Shown here: one piece after another, positions 24,007 through 34,109 of the stretch
How the letters are laid out: the number at the start of each line of letters is the position of its first letter
How positions within the stretch are numbered: the stretch's first letter is position 1
Origin: Clostridia bacterium
GTDB taxonomy: Bacteria; Bacillota; Clostridia; Oscillospirales; CAG-272
Assembly: GCA_017455905.1 (NCBI GenBank)
Contig: JAFTLQ010000010.1
Span: 33,468-97,467 of the forward strand
Direction of reading: 5' to 3'
DNA: 64,000 nucleotides
Translations under genes and position numbers: made by a program
The notes under the pieces: generated by a model
What the model saw: only the letters and a program-made list of their open reading frames with translations
The model's database searches: none
What the model was told of the DNA's origin: nothing

Positions 24007-26580
24007 ATGCGTACCCTGACCGTTGGCATCGTCGCCCACGTCGACGCGGGCAAAACGACCCTGACGGAAGCTCTTTTATACACGGCCGGTGCCATTAAGC
24101 GCATCGGCCGTGTTGATAAAGGGGATTGCTTCCTTGATACGCACAGCATCGAGCGCGAGCGCGGCATCACCGTGTTTTCCAAGCAGGCCGTGTGTACCCA
24201 CGCGGACACGGACATCACCTTCGTCGACACACCGGGGCACATCGATTTCGCCTGTGAGACCGAGCGCACCCTCGCGGTGCTGGATGCCTGTATCCTCGTC
24301 GTCAGCGCGACGGAGCCCATCCGCGCCCACACCAAGACGCTATGGCGTATGCTCGCCTCTCACCGCATCCCCGTCCTTCTCTTCGTCAACAAAATGGATA
24401 TGGCCTCCCGCACGCGTGCGGAGATATTGGCCGATCTGCGTGCGGAGCTTGACGACCGCTGTGCCGACTTTTGCCTGAGCGCTCCCCGTTTCGCTGAGGA
24501 AACGGCCGCGGTCAACGAGGCGTTGATGGCGCACTATTTTGCAAATGAATGTTTACCAGACGAGGCCATTCGACACGAGATCCGTGCCAGACGCCTCTTT
24601 CCCGTCTGGTTCGGATCGGCGCTGCGCAACGACGGCGTACGCGCCTTTCTTGACGGGCTCGTCAAATACGCCGAGGCGCCCGTCTACGGCGATCTGCTCG
24701 GTCTGAAGGTCTTTAAGATCGCGCGCGACGCGCAGGGCAACCGTCTAAGCTACGTCAAGGTGACAGGCGGCGTGCTGCGCACCAAGGATCGTCTGACCCT
24801 GCGCGGTGCCGACGGACGGGTCAGCGAAGAAAAGGTCGAGCAGCTGCGCATCTATTCCGGGGATAAATTCCGCACGGAAAACGAGATCGAGGCCGGACGC
24901 GTGTGCGCCATGCTCGGCCCGCAGAACACCTATTGCGGCCAAGGCATCGGCATCGAGATGTCGGAGGAGCAAGCCGCTCTTGAGCCCATTCTCACCTACC
25001 GTCTGCAGCTGCCGCACGGTACCGACCTGTTCTCGGCCTACGAGATCCTGTTGCGCCTTTCCGAGGAGGATCCCTCCCTGCACCCCGTATACGATGAGCG
25101 ACACGGTGAGCTTTTGCTCCGTCTGATGGGCGACATACAGGCCGAGATCCTGCGCCGCGTGCTGCAGGATCGCTTTGGCCTCTCCGTCACCTTCGGACAG
25201 GGAAAGATCTTATATAAGGAAACGATCGCCTCGTGCGTTCACGGTGCCGGCCACTTTGAGCCGCTGTGCCACTATGCCGAGGTGCATCTGCGCATGACGC
25301 CGCTTTCCCCCGGCTCGGGGCTTGTCTTTACCTCCGATTGCTCCACCGACGTCCTCTCGCTCCATTGGCAGCGCCTCGTGCTAACGCATCTGGAGGAGCG
25401 TGCCCATCTCGGCGTGCTGACGGGCTCCCCCATCACCGATATGGAAATCGCCCTCATCGGCGGCCGCGCCCACAACAAGCATACCGAGGGCGGCGATTTC
25501 CGTCAAGCCACCTACCGTGCCGTTAGGCAGGGACTGATGAAGGCGGACTCCGTCCTTCTTGAGCCCTATATGTCCTTCCGCATCGAGCTACCGAACGAAT
25601 ACGTCGGGCGGGCAATGACCGATCTTTCGGTGCGCTCGGCGACACCGAGCGCACCCGAGACCGACGGCCAAACGGCCATTCTGACGGGCATCGGCCCCGC
25701 CGCCACGCTGCGCGATTATCCCGCCGAGCTGCGCGCCTATACTCGCGCCGAGGGACAGATGCAGATGACCATGGTCGGCTACTACCCCTGTCACAATACC
25801 GACGAGGTCCTCGCCGCGACGGGCTACGATCCCCTGCTCGACGAGCGTCATCCGCCGCATTCGGTCTTTTGCAAGAACGGTGCCGGCTACGTCGTCCCGT
25901 GGGACGAGGCCGACGCGCTCATGCACGTGCCGTGCGACGACAGCCTCCGCACACACGCCGCCGAGCCCGTGCGCACCGTACGGGCATCGACGCGCACCTA
26001 TCAAAGCTCGGCCGAGGAGGATCGCGAGCTGATGCGCATCTTTGAGGCGACCTACGGCAAGGTGCGTAGGCGCACGGTCAGCGACAAGCAGCAATACACC
26101 GCCGCCGAGCCCTCGCCCAAGCGCCAAACGCCAAAGGCACGGCCGCGCGGCGATACCTACCTTCTCGTCGACGGCTACAACATCATTCACGCATGGGACG
26201 ATCTGCGCGCCTTAGCGTCCCCTACGCTGGCGCACGCCCGTGACACGCTGATCCGACGCCTGTGTAACTACGCAGGCTTCCGCCACATACACGTCATTCT
26301 CGTCTTTGACGCCTATCTCGTCAAGGGCGGTCAGGGCAGCGTCGAATCCTACGGCCCCGTATCGGTGGTCTACACCAAGGAGCGGCAAACGGCCGACGCC
26401 TACATTGAGCGCGCGTCGTACGAGATCGCCCGCGAGCATACCGTCCGCGTCGCCACCTCCGACGCCGCCGAGCAGCTCATCGTCCTCGGCAACGGCGCCC
26501 TGCGCATCACGCCCGAGGAGCTGCGCGAGGAGCTGAAGCTCGCCGACGAGCAGATCGGCGCCTGCCTGGAGGCTCGCTGA
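24007..26580 (+). CDS. EF-G/TetM-like translational GTPase fused to a C-terminal Rae1/YacP-type NYN ribonuclease domain
   Basis: It carries G motifs AHVDAGKT, DTPGH and NKMD and is collinear with TetM/EF-G through LLEPYMSFRIELP. The last ~140 aa (from nt 26158) align with B. subtilis Rae1 at LLVDGYN, VFDA and ATSD. Confidence 0.85.
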   Translation: MRTLTVGIVAHVDAGKTTLTEALLYTAGAIKRIGRVDKGDCFLDTHSIERERGITVFSKQAVCTHADTDITFVDTPGHIDFACETERTLAVLDACILVVSATEPIRAHTKTLWRMLASHRIPVLLFVNKMDMASRTRAEILADLRAELDDRCADFCLSAPRFAEETAAVNEALMAHYFANECLPDEAIRHEIRARRLFPVWFGSALRNDGVRAFLDGLVKYAEAPVYGDLLGLKVFKIARDAQGNRLSYVKVTGGVLRTKDRLTLRGADGRVSEEKVEQLRIYSGDKFRTENEIEAGRVCAMLGPQNTYCGQGIGIEMSEEQAALEPILTYRLQLPHGTDLFSAYEILLRLSEEDPSLHPVYDERHGELLLRLMGDIQAEILRRVLQDRFGLSVTFGQGKILYKETIASCVHGAGHFEPLCHYAEVHLRMTPLSPGSGLVFTSDCSTDVLSLHWQRLVLTHLEERAHLGVLTGSPITDMEIALIGGRAHNKHTEGGDFRQATYRAVRQGLMKADSVLLEPYMSFRIELPNEYVGRAMTDLSVRSATPSAPETDGQTAILTGIGPAATLRDYPAELRAYTRAEGQMQMTMVGYYPCHNTDEVLAATGYDPLLDERHPPHSVFCKNGAGYVVPWDEADALMHVPCDDSLRTHAAEPVRTVRASTRTYQSSAEEDRELMRIFEATYGKVRRRTVSDKQQYTAAEPSPKRQTPKARPRGDTYLLVDGYNIIHAWDDLRALASPTLAHARDTLIRRLCNYAGFRHIHVILVFDAYLVKGGQGSVESYGPVSVVYTKERQTADAYIERASYEIAREHTVRVATSDAAEQLIVLGNGALRITPEELREELKLADEQIGACLEAR

Positions 26581-26587
26581 AAAACAG

Positions 26588-26624
26588 CAAGCGGGCGGCC
26601 TGCACCTGGCAGGTCGCCCGCTTG
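26588..26624. terminator. hairpin terminator between convergent genes (T-run on the minus strand)
   Basis: A 16-bp stem with one mismatch forms between CAAGCGGGCGGCCTGC and GCAGGTCGCCCGCTTG. The minus-strand side is followed by CTGTTTT. Confidence 0.7.
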
Positions 26625-26650
26625 GGTTCATAGGTGTTTACACAAACGTA

Positions 26651-27121
26651 TCAGAAGGATCCGCTGATGTCGCCGCTGGGATACGATTGCTCGATCTCCT
26701 CGATCATCTCCCAGAAGGTCTCGTCAAGACTCAGCGTCACGATGCCGATCAAGATGACCACGCCGAACAGGAATCCGAAGATGCCGAAGATCAAGCCGAG
26801 CAGGGCCATCGTATCAAAATAGCCGAGATGCTTCTTCGCCACAATGGCAAAGACGATCGCCAGCACACCGCAGATCACGGGAAGGACCATGGTGCAGCAG
26901 GAAATAAGCGATACGATACCTGTGATCAGCGACACGATCGAAAAGGCCTTGGTCTTAGGCTTTCCCAAATCAAGCTTGACCGCCTCGTAGGTGTACCGAT
27001 TTTCCTGAGGCTTCTTTACAGGCTCGCTGTATTCGCGAAAATCGGAGCCGTAGAAATCCCCCTTCGGCTGTGTGTTTTCGTTTGTGCCGTCCTCGGGACG
27101 GTATTCGTTGGGTTCGTTCAT
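26651..27121 (-). CDS. DUF4190-like small membrane protein
   Basis: AGGAGG lies upstream of the ATG at 27121. The N-terminus is Pro/Glu-rich, followed by two hydrophobic hairpin helices (AFSIVSLITGIVSLISCC..., LLGLIFGIFGFLFGVVIL). The track start at 27283 was rejected. Confidence 0.6.
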   Translation of the reverse strand: MNEPNEYRPEDGTNENTQPKGDFYGSDFREYSEPVKKPQENRYTYEAVKLDLGKPKTKAFSIVSLITGIVSLISCCTMVLPVICGVLAIVFAIVAKKHLGYFDTMALLGLIFGIFGFLFGVVILIGIVTLSLDETFWEMIEEIEQSYPSGDISGSF

Positions 27122-27172
27122 AAGAATGCCTCCTATGTATTTTTTCTGATCTATCGTAAAGAAAGGAACGCT

Positions 27173-27619
27173 ATGCGCTCGCTGACTTACAAACAAAAGA
27201 TATGGCTGCTCGCCTTGCTCAACGGCGGCACGCTTCTCATCGCCACGCTCTACGTCATCGCATATCGCTACGCGACGGCGCACGGATACGGCTGGTTCGA
27301 CTGCATCGTACGCGACACGATCGGCATCTACTGCCCCTCGTGCGGCGGCTCTCGCAGTGTCAATGCGCTGCTATCGCTGGACCTTCTCGGTGCTTGGAGG
27401 TATTATCCTCCCATTCCCATCACCGTCCTGCTGTTGTGCGAGGTCGACGTGCGTCTGTGCTTTGATCTGCTGACGCGCGGCGAACGAGGCATGTCGACCT
27501 ACCGACCATGGCGGTGGCTCATCGTCCTCATCGCGATCCTTGTGACCTTTCTTGTACGCCTGCTTGCCGTAACGGTATGGGGCGTCGATCCTCTCGGGGA
27601 TCTTCATTTGCCGGCGTGA
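27173..27619 (+). CDS. DUF2752-like membrane protein
   Basis: The CPSCGGSR motif after the first TM helix is typical of DUF2752. ATG at 27173, because the track ORF start at 26687 is antisense to the neighbouring gene. Confidence 0.6.
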   Translation: MRSLTYKQKIWLLALLNGGTLLIATLYVIAYRYATAHGYGWFDCIVRDTIGIYCPSCGGSRSVNALLSLDLLGAWRYYPPIPITVLLLCEVDVRLCFDLLTRGERGMSTYRPWRWLIVLIAILVTFLVRLLAVTVWGVDPLGDLHLPA

Positions 27620-27671
27620 CCTTGGAAGCTATGGCTTGCGGCTGTCCCGCTTGCGTGGTTGGTTTTACGTA

Positions 27672-27715
27672 AGAGTCCGATCCTCCCGAAAGGCGAGGCG
27701 GGCTCTTTTTGTTTT
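27672..27715 (+). terminator. intrinsic terminator
   Basis: An imperfect stem forms between AGAGTCCG..CCTC and GAGGCGGGCTCT, followed by TTTTTGTTTT. Confidence 0.65.
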
Positions 27716-28286
27716 AAAACGCGTCCGCGTCCTCCGGCTTGGTATAGATGGACACCGAATCCTCCGCATCCACGGGCGTGACGCGTACGCGCACGACCTC
27801 ACGGTGCGAGGTGGGAATATTCTTTCCGACGAAGTCAGGCTTGAATGGCAGCTCACGCAGACCGCGGTCGATCATGACCGCCAAACCTACCGTGGACGGT
27901 CGTCCCAGACGGAAGAGGGCGTCGATGGCGGCGCGTACGGTGCGGCCGGTGTAGATAACGTCATCCACCAGCACGACGTGCTTGCCGGTGATATCGAAGG
28001 GAATATGCGTTTCGTGCAGAACGGGCTGCGGCACGTCCGACGTCCGATCGTCGCGGTAAAAGGTGATATCCAGCGATCCGACGGGTACCGTCACGCCCTC
28101 CATGCGCTCGATCTGCGTCGCGATGCGACGCGCCAAAGGAACGCCTCGGCGGATAATGCCGACGAGAACGAGATCCTGCGCGCCCTTGTTGCGCTCGGTG
28201 ATCTCGTGCGAGATGCGGATCAGCGAGCGATTCATCGCCGCACCGTCCAGGATCTGCGCCTTCAGCTTCAAACACGTGTCATCCAT
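27714..28286 (-). CDS. pyrR: bifunctional pyrimidine operon regulator / uracil phosphoribosyltransferase PyrR
   Basis: ISHEITERN and the PRPP-binding loop VVLVDDVIYTGRT are present, and the length is typical. The ATG at 28286 has an AAGGAAG RBS. Confidence 0.9.
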   Translation of the reverse strand: MDDTCLKLKAQILDGAAMNRSLIRISHEITERNKGAQDLVLVGIIRRGVPLARRIATQIERMEGVTVPVGSLDITFYRDDRTSDVPQPVLHETHIPFDITGKHVVLVDDVIYTGRTVRAAIDALFRLGRPSTVGLAVMIDRGLRELPFKPDFVGKNIPTSHREVVRVRVTPVDAEDSVSIYTKPEDADAF

Positions 28287-28380
28287 ATGCGTTCTTCCTT
28301 TTTTCGATGCATACCGCGACAAAAACGCGGCATACTATCGGCATAATGTAAAGACTTGTTTTCGTTTGGGAGATGTTTTT

Positions 28381-28821
28381 ATGAAAAACGAACCGTATAC
28401 CTCTCGCATCCGGCGGCATACGCCGCCCTCCCCCACGAAGAAGAATTGCCTGTTCGCCTTTTTGATCGGCGGGGGCATCTGCTTTGCGGGACAATGGCTT
28501 TTGTACCTGTACGAGGCCCTGGGAGCGACGCGGGACGACGCCTCGACACTCGTTACGGTGACGCTCATCTTTTTGAGTGCCCTTTTGACGGGGATCGGCG
28601 TGTACGACCGCATCGCCCGCGTCGCGGGCGCCGGTACGCTCGTGCCGGTCACAGGCTTTGCCAACGCCGTCGTGTCCCCTGCCATTGATACGAAGCAGGA
28701 GGGCTTTATCCTCGGCGTCGGTGCCAAGATCTTCACCGTCGCAGGGCCCGTTATCCTGTACGGCGTATTGTGCGGCGCCGTATACGGCGTGCTGTATTCC
28801 GTTATTTTGTGGTTTGTATAA
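28381..28821 (+). CDS. spoVAC: stage V sporulation protein AC
   Basis: The sequence is typical of SpoVAC (FAFLIGGGICFAGQ...TGFANAVVSPAIDTKQEGFILGVGAKIF). Confidence 0.9.
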   Translation: MKNEPYTSRIRRHTPPSPTKKNCLFAFLIGGGICFAGQWLLYLYEALGATRDDASTLVTVTLIFLSALLTGIGVYDRIARVAGAGTLVPVTGFANAVVSPAIDTKQEGFILGVGAKIFTVAGPVILYGVLCGAVYGVLYSVILWFV

Positions 28822-28831
28822 AGGAGAGCTT

Positions 28832-29839
28832 ATGCGACAACGTATCCGTTATCTATCCTCCCCACCGTCCTTCGTCAGCTTTGCCGCCGTCGGCGGCCGC
28901 GAGGAGGGACAAGGCCCTCTCGGCCCCTGCTTCGACCATCTGGATCCGTCCGATCGCTTCGGTCAGACGTCGTGGGAGCGTGCCGAGGGAGAGATGGGGC
29001 GCATCGCACTCAATTTCGCGCTGAAAAAGGCGTCGCTTTCGCCGCAGCAGCTGTCGGTGCTGTTCGCCGGCGACCTGCAAAACCAATGCGTCGCCTCCTC
29101 GGGAGGCCTGTATTCCTTCGGCATCCCGTATATCGGTCTGTACGGCGCTTGCTCGACCTGTACGGAGGGACTGCTGTCACTGTCCGTCTGGCTCTCAGAG
29201 CAGGCCGACCGACAGGACGTTATGGGTGCGGCCGTTACGACCTCGCACAACTGCGCCGCCGAGCGGCAATTCCGCCAGCCCATCGAATACGGCGGCCAGC
29301 GTCCGCCAAGCGCCCAATGGACGGCTACGGCGGCAGGCGCCTTTATCCTCGGGAGTCGGGAGGGTGACGTGCGCATCACGGAGGTATGCCCCGGCAAGAT
29401 CGTCGACGGAGAGATCTCCGATGCGACCAATATGGGCGCCGCCATGGCGCCGGCGGCGGTCGATACCCTGCTGACGTATATGCAGCAGAGTGGCCGTGCG
29501 CCGTCCTCCTTTGACGCGATCGTGACGGGTGACCTCGGAGCGGTCGGCACCTCCCTGCTTCAGGAGATGCTCCTTGAGGAGGGCATCGACGTCCGTCAGA
29601 ATCACCTCGATTGCGGCAATCTTCTGTTCGACAGCGAGCGGCAGGACGTGCACAGCGGCGGCTCGGGATGCGGATGCTCCGCCTCGGTGCTGGCTACGCA
29701 CATTTTACCCGCGCTGATGCGTGCCGAGATGAAGGACGTGCTGTTCCTGTCAACGGGGGCGCTGATGAGCACCTCCAGCGTACAGCAGGGCGAGCATATC
29801 TTCGGTATCGCGCCGCTCATTCGCATCCAGCGCTTTTAG
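28832..29839 (+). CDS. spoVAD: stage V sporulation protein AD
   Basis: It is thiolase-fold-like SpoVAD (GDLQNQC...GACSTCTEGL...) and sits between spoVAC and spoVAE. AAGGAG lies upstream. Confidence 0.9.
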   Translation: MRQRIRYLSSPPSFVSFAAVGGREEGQGPLGPCFDHLDPSDRFGQTSWERAEGEMGRIALNFALKKASLSPQQLSVLFAGDLQNQCVASSGGLYSFGIPYIGLYGACSTCTEGLLSLSVWLSEQADRQDVMGAAVTTSHNCAAERQFRQPIEYGGQRPPSAQWTATAAGAFILGSREGDVRITEVCPGKIVDGEISDATNMGAAMAPAAVDTLLTYMQQSGRAPSSFDAIVTGDLGAVGTSLLQEMLLEEGIDVRQNHLDCGNLLFDSERQDVHSGGSGCGCSASVLATHILPALMRAEMKDVLFLSTGALMSTSSVQQGEHIFGIAPLIRIQRF

Positions 29840-29881
29840 AAAAAGTCAAAAACAAAAGAGCGTAAAGAAAGGAAGCACGCT

Positions 29882-30262
29882 ATGTTCTTATCCATGATGA
29901 CAACGAGCCTTCTGGCCTTTGCCGTCGGGGGCGGCCTGTGCGTCGTGGCACAGCTGCTCATTGACAAGACGGCCTTAACACCGGCGAGGATCCTCGTTTT
30001 GTACGTGTCCTTCGGCGTCCTGCTCGGCGCCGTCGGTCTCTTTGAGCCGCTTGTTTCGCTCGTGGGGTGCGGCATCACCGTCCCTCTCGTGGGCTTCGGC
30101 GGCAATATTGCCCGCGGCGTGCGCGAGGCCGTGCTGGAGCAGGGCCTGCTCGGCGCACTCAGCGGGGGCTTTACCGCGGCGGCGGTTGGCTGTGCCGCCG
30201 CGCTGCTGTTCGGCTATCTCGCTGCGCTCTGCTTTCGCGGTCAACCCAAGCGCATATCATAG
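29882..30262 (+). CDS. spoVAE: stage V sporulation protein AE (SpoVAEb type)
   Basis: It is a small polytopic protein (VPLVGFGGNIARGV) and the third gene of the spoVA cluster. Confidence 0.85.
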   Translation: MFLSMMTTSLLAFAVGGGLCVVAQLLIDKTALTPARILVLYVSFGVLLGAVGLFEPLVSLVGCGITVPLVGFGGNIARGVREAVLEQGLLGALSGGFTAAAVGCAAALLFGYLAALCFRGQPKRIS

Positions 30263-30288
30263 CCGTACGGTTATTTACCGGTTGACGT

Positions 30289-31923
30289 TTACAGATGTTC
30301 CGCGATCTTGCGATTGATGGCCTCGCGCACCTCGTGCATCAGGTACGCGGCGTGGGGATATACGCGATAGCCGTAGACGCCGTAGGCGTGAAGCAGCTGC
30401 TCGATCTCCTCACGGCCGACCAAGCGGTCAAGGAGCATCAGCGCACGGTAATCCTGCAGGGAGTTGCGCATGATGTGATAACGAATCGACTTCTGAACGC
30501 CACCGCGCTTGACGTCGGGGTATACGATAAAGCTGTCTCCGCTGGGGAGTTGGCCGCCGGCAGCGGTGTCGGTGTACGGATCGACCACTCCGCGGGACAG
30601 TACCGTATGATAGAAGTTGTAGCCCCAATGCAGGAAGCCGGAGGAGTGGTTGAGATACAGCTGCATACCCATGGGGCGGATGCGCTCACCGGGCATGATG
30701 AAGAAGCGGTTGGATTCGTGACGGTCGCGAGGACCGCAGCAGTAGTAGGACAGATGGCGCGTGCCATGATCGCGGAAGACGTCAGCGGTGCTCGTCACAC
30801 AGACGGGCAGGTCGACGACGCCCTTTTCATAAAAGTCGTAATGGCTAAGCGCGTCGATCGTCTGCACGCGGCCCATCAGCGGCTTGACGAAGGCGTAGAG
30901 GCTCATGTATTTTTCGAGATGTGCCTCCTGCGGCTCGTCCGACAGATGGTAGAAGCTGCGATCGGCGATGCCGAGCGACTCCAAGTGTGCCGTCAGCGCC
31001 GGCAGATAAGCGGTCAGGAACGCCTTGTATTCCTCGGAATCCGAGGCAACGTCCCATCCGAAGATGCGCTTGTACTCGCCGTTCACCGTCGCCATGACCT
31101 TGGGACAGAATTCTGCGCCCCACTGCGTGAACAGGTGCGCGATCTCAAAATAGCGAATGCCGTGTGCCTGTGCAAAGGCGATGTAGCGATCGAGCTTATC
31201 AAAGCCAAAGGTGTAGCTCTTGCCATCATAGGCGACGTCGACCAGCTGGGCCGTCATACGCTCGCTGCCAACCTCCGTATCCAGCGCCGGCGTAATGGTC
31301 GGCACGAGAAGCATGGTATTGCCAAGATCGACGTAGGCCGTCAGATAGTGATCGAAAACGCGATAGAAGGCGTCGGAAAACATCTCTACCCCGTGCAGCT
31401 CGCAAATGCAGTCGCAGTGCATCCAATGCGTGATGATGAGGTCGGTCTCGGGCAGATCGGCATCGACGACCTGCAGCACGTAGGTGGTCGCACCGAGCGT
31501 TTCGTCGTCGACGGTCAGCACGACGGGAATGTCGTACTTGCCGGCAGCGGGAGCGCCGTTGACGTTGACCCAAATGCCCTTGTATTCGCCGGGAGCGACG
31601 TCAAAGCAGATGGTCTCCTCGCACAGCTCGGGATACATAGCGTCGGGGGACATATCAAGGTAATCGTCGTGATCCGGGCATATGCTGAGATCGTGATTCG
31701 CCTTCAGCTCGCGGACGGGATAGTACGCGATACGCTCGGCCAGATCACCGCCGAAGCGGAGCATGGCGCTCGAAACGCCGCGCTCGCCGCCCTCAACGAC
31801 GATCTGGAAGGAATATATCTCGTTCTTCAGCATGCTGCCCGACGTCTCGGTCATGTAGGGCTTGCGGCCGTGAAAGACCTTGTTCATGGAGGACACGGGA
31901 TATAGTTTTACGGACTGGTTCAT
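30289..31923 (-). CDS. DUF4091-containing protein (GH123-like putative glycoside hydrolase), no signal peptide
   Basis: The 544-aa translation resembles DUF4091 proteins from memory. It lies directly downstream of the hexosamine kinase / nucleotidyltransferase pair on the same strand. Confidence 0.6.
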   Translation of the reverse strand: MNQSVKLYPVSSMNKVFHGRKPYMTETSGSMLKNEIYSFQIVVEGGERGVSSAMLRFGGDLAERIAYYPVRELKANHDLSICPDHDDYLDMSPDAMYPELCEETICFDVAPGEYKGIWVNVNGAPAAGKYDIPVVLTVDDETLGATTYVLQVVDADLPETDLIITHWMHCDCICELHGVEMFSDAFYRVFDHYLTAYVDLGNTMLLVPTITPALDTEVGSERMTAQLVDVAYDGKSYTFGFDKLDRYIAFAQAHGIRYFEIAHLFTQWGAEFCPKVMATVNGEYKRIFGWDVASDSEEYKAFLTAYLPALTAHLESLGIADRSFYHLSDEPQEAHLEKYMSLYAFVKPLMGRVQTIDALSHYDFYEKGVVDLPVCVTSTADVFRDHGTRHLSYYCCGPRDRHESNRFFIMPGERIRPMGMQLYLNHSSGFLHWGYNFYHTVLSRGVVDPYTDTAAGGQLPSGDSFIVYPDVKRGGVQKSIRYHIMRNSLQDYRALMLLDRLVGREEIEQLLHAYGVYGYRVYPHAAYLMHEVREAINRKIAEHL

Positions 31924-31954
31924 GGGATTGATCTCTCCTTTTATGACCTATATG

Positions 31955-31989
31955 CGTTTGCGCGCCTTTGAGGCGCGCAAACGTTTTTT
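31955..31989 (+). terminator. terminator-shaped hairpin oriented opposite to the flanking genes
   Basis: A 13-bp stem forms between CGTTTGCGCGCCT and AGGCGCGCAAACG with loop TTG, followed by a T6 run on the plus strand, while both neighbours are on the minus strand. Confidence 0.55.
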
Positions 31990-31992
31990 CTT

Positions 31993-33898
<1,906 letters not shown>

Positions 33899-34038
33899 GT
33901 GGATTCTCCTTTATAGTATATATAAATTTTTTCTTTGAACTTCCCTTGTTAGTGTACCATATTTGTCGGGCGATGTCAAGATTATTTTATTCAAAATAAA
34001 TAAAAAGCCTCGGCGCGCGAGATTTTTCAAAAAAACTC

Positions 34039-34075
34039 TTGACAACGGTTTTGCATATATGTATAATTGTATACA
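34039..34075 (+). promoter_or_regulatory. consensus sigma-A promoter plus an adjacent TGTATACA palindrome (candidate GntR-type operator)
   Basis: TTGACA (34039-34044), a 17-nt spacer, TATAAT (34062-34067), then the palindrome TGTATACA (34068-34075). Confidence 0.6.
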
Positions 34076-34109
34076 TTATTTCCGCAAACGCAAAGAAAGG
34101 AACGTAGCC

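Noticed and set aside
24007-25950. Calling the GTPase a TetM/TetO tetracycline-resistance ribosomal protection protein.
   Set aside because: Overall similarity to TetM is clear. However, the domain-IV loop I recall as needed for drug displacement is not conserved, and the protein carries an extra NYN RNase domain. A resistance call from sequence alone would be unsafe.
30295-31905. A 536-aa plus-strand ORF, plus similar long ORFs at 1266-2333, 3225-4514, 20936-22162, 23029-24039, 36744-38204, 38002-39177, 41016-42383, 42796-43920, 48679-49953, 51840-53267 and 55749-57353.
   Set aside because: Each is exactly antisense to a gene with clear family motifs and proper RBS and start context. Their translations are compositionally biased (R/A/G/V/D/H) and lack start signals.
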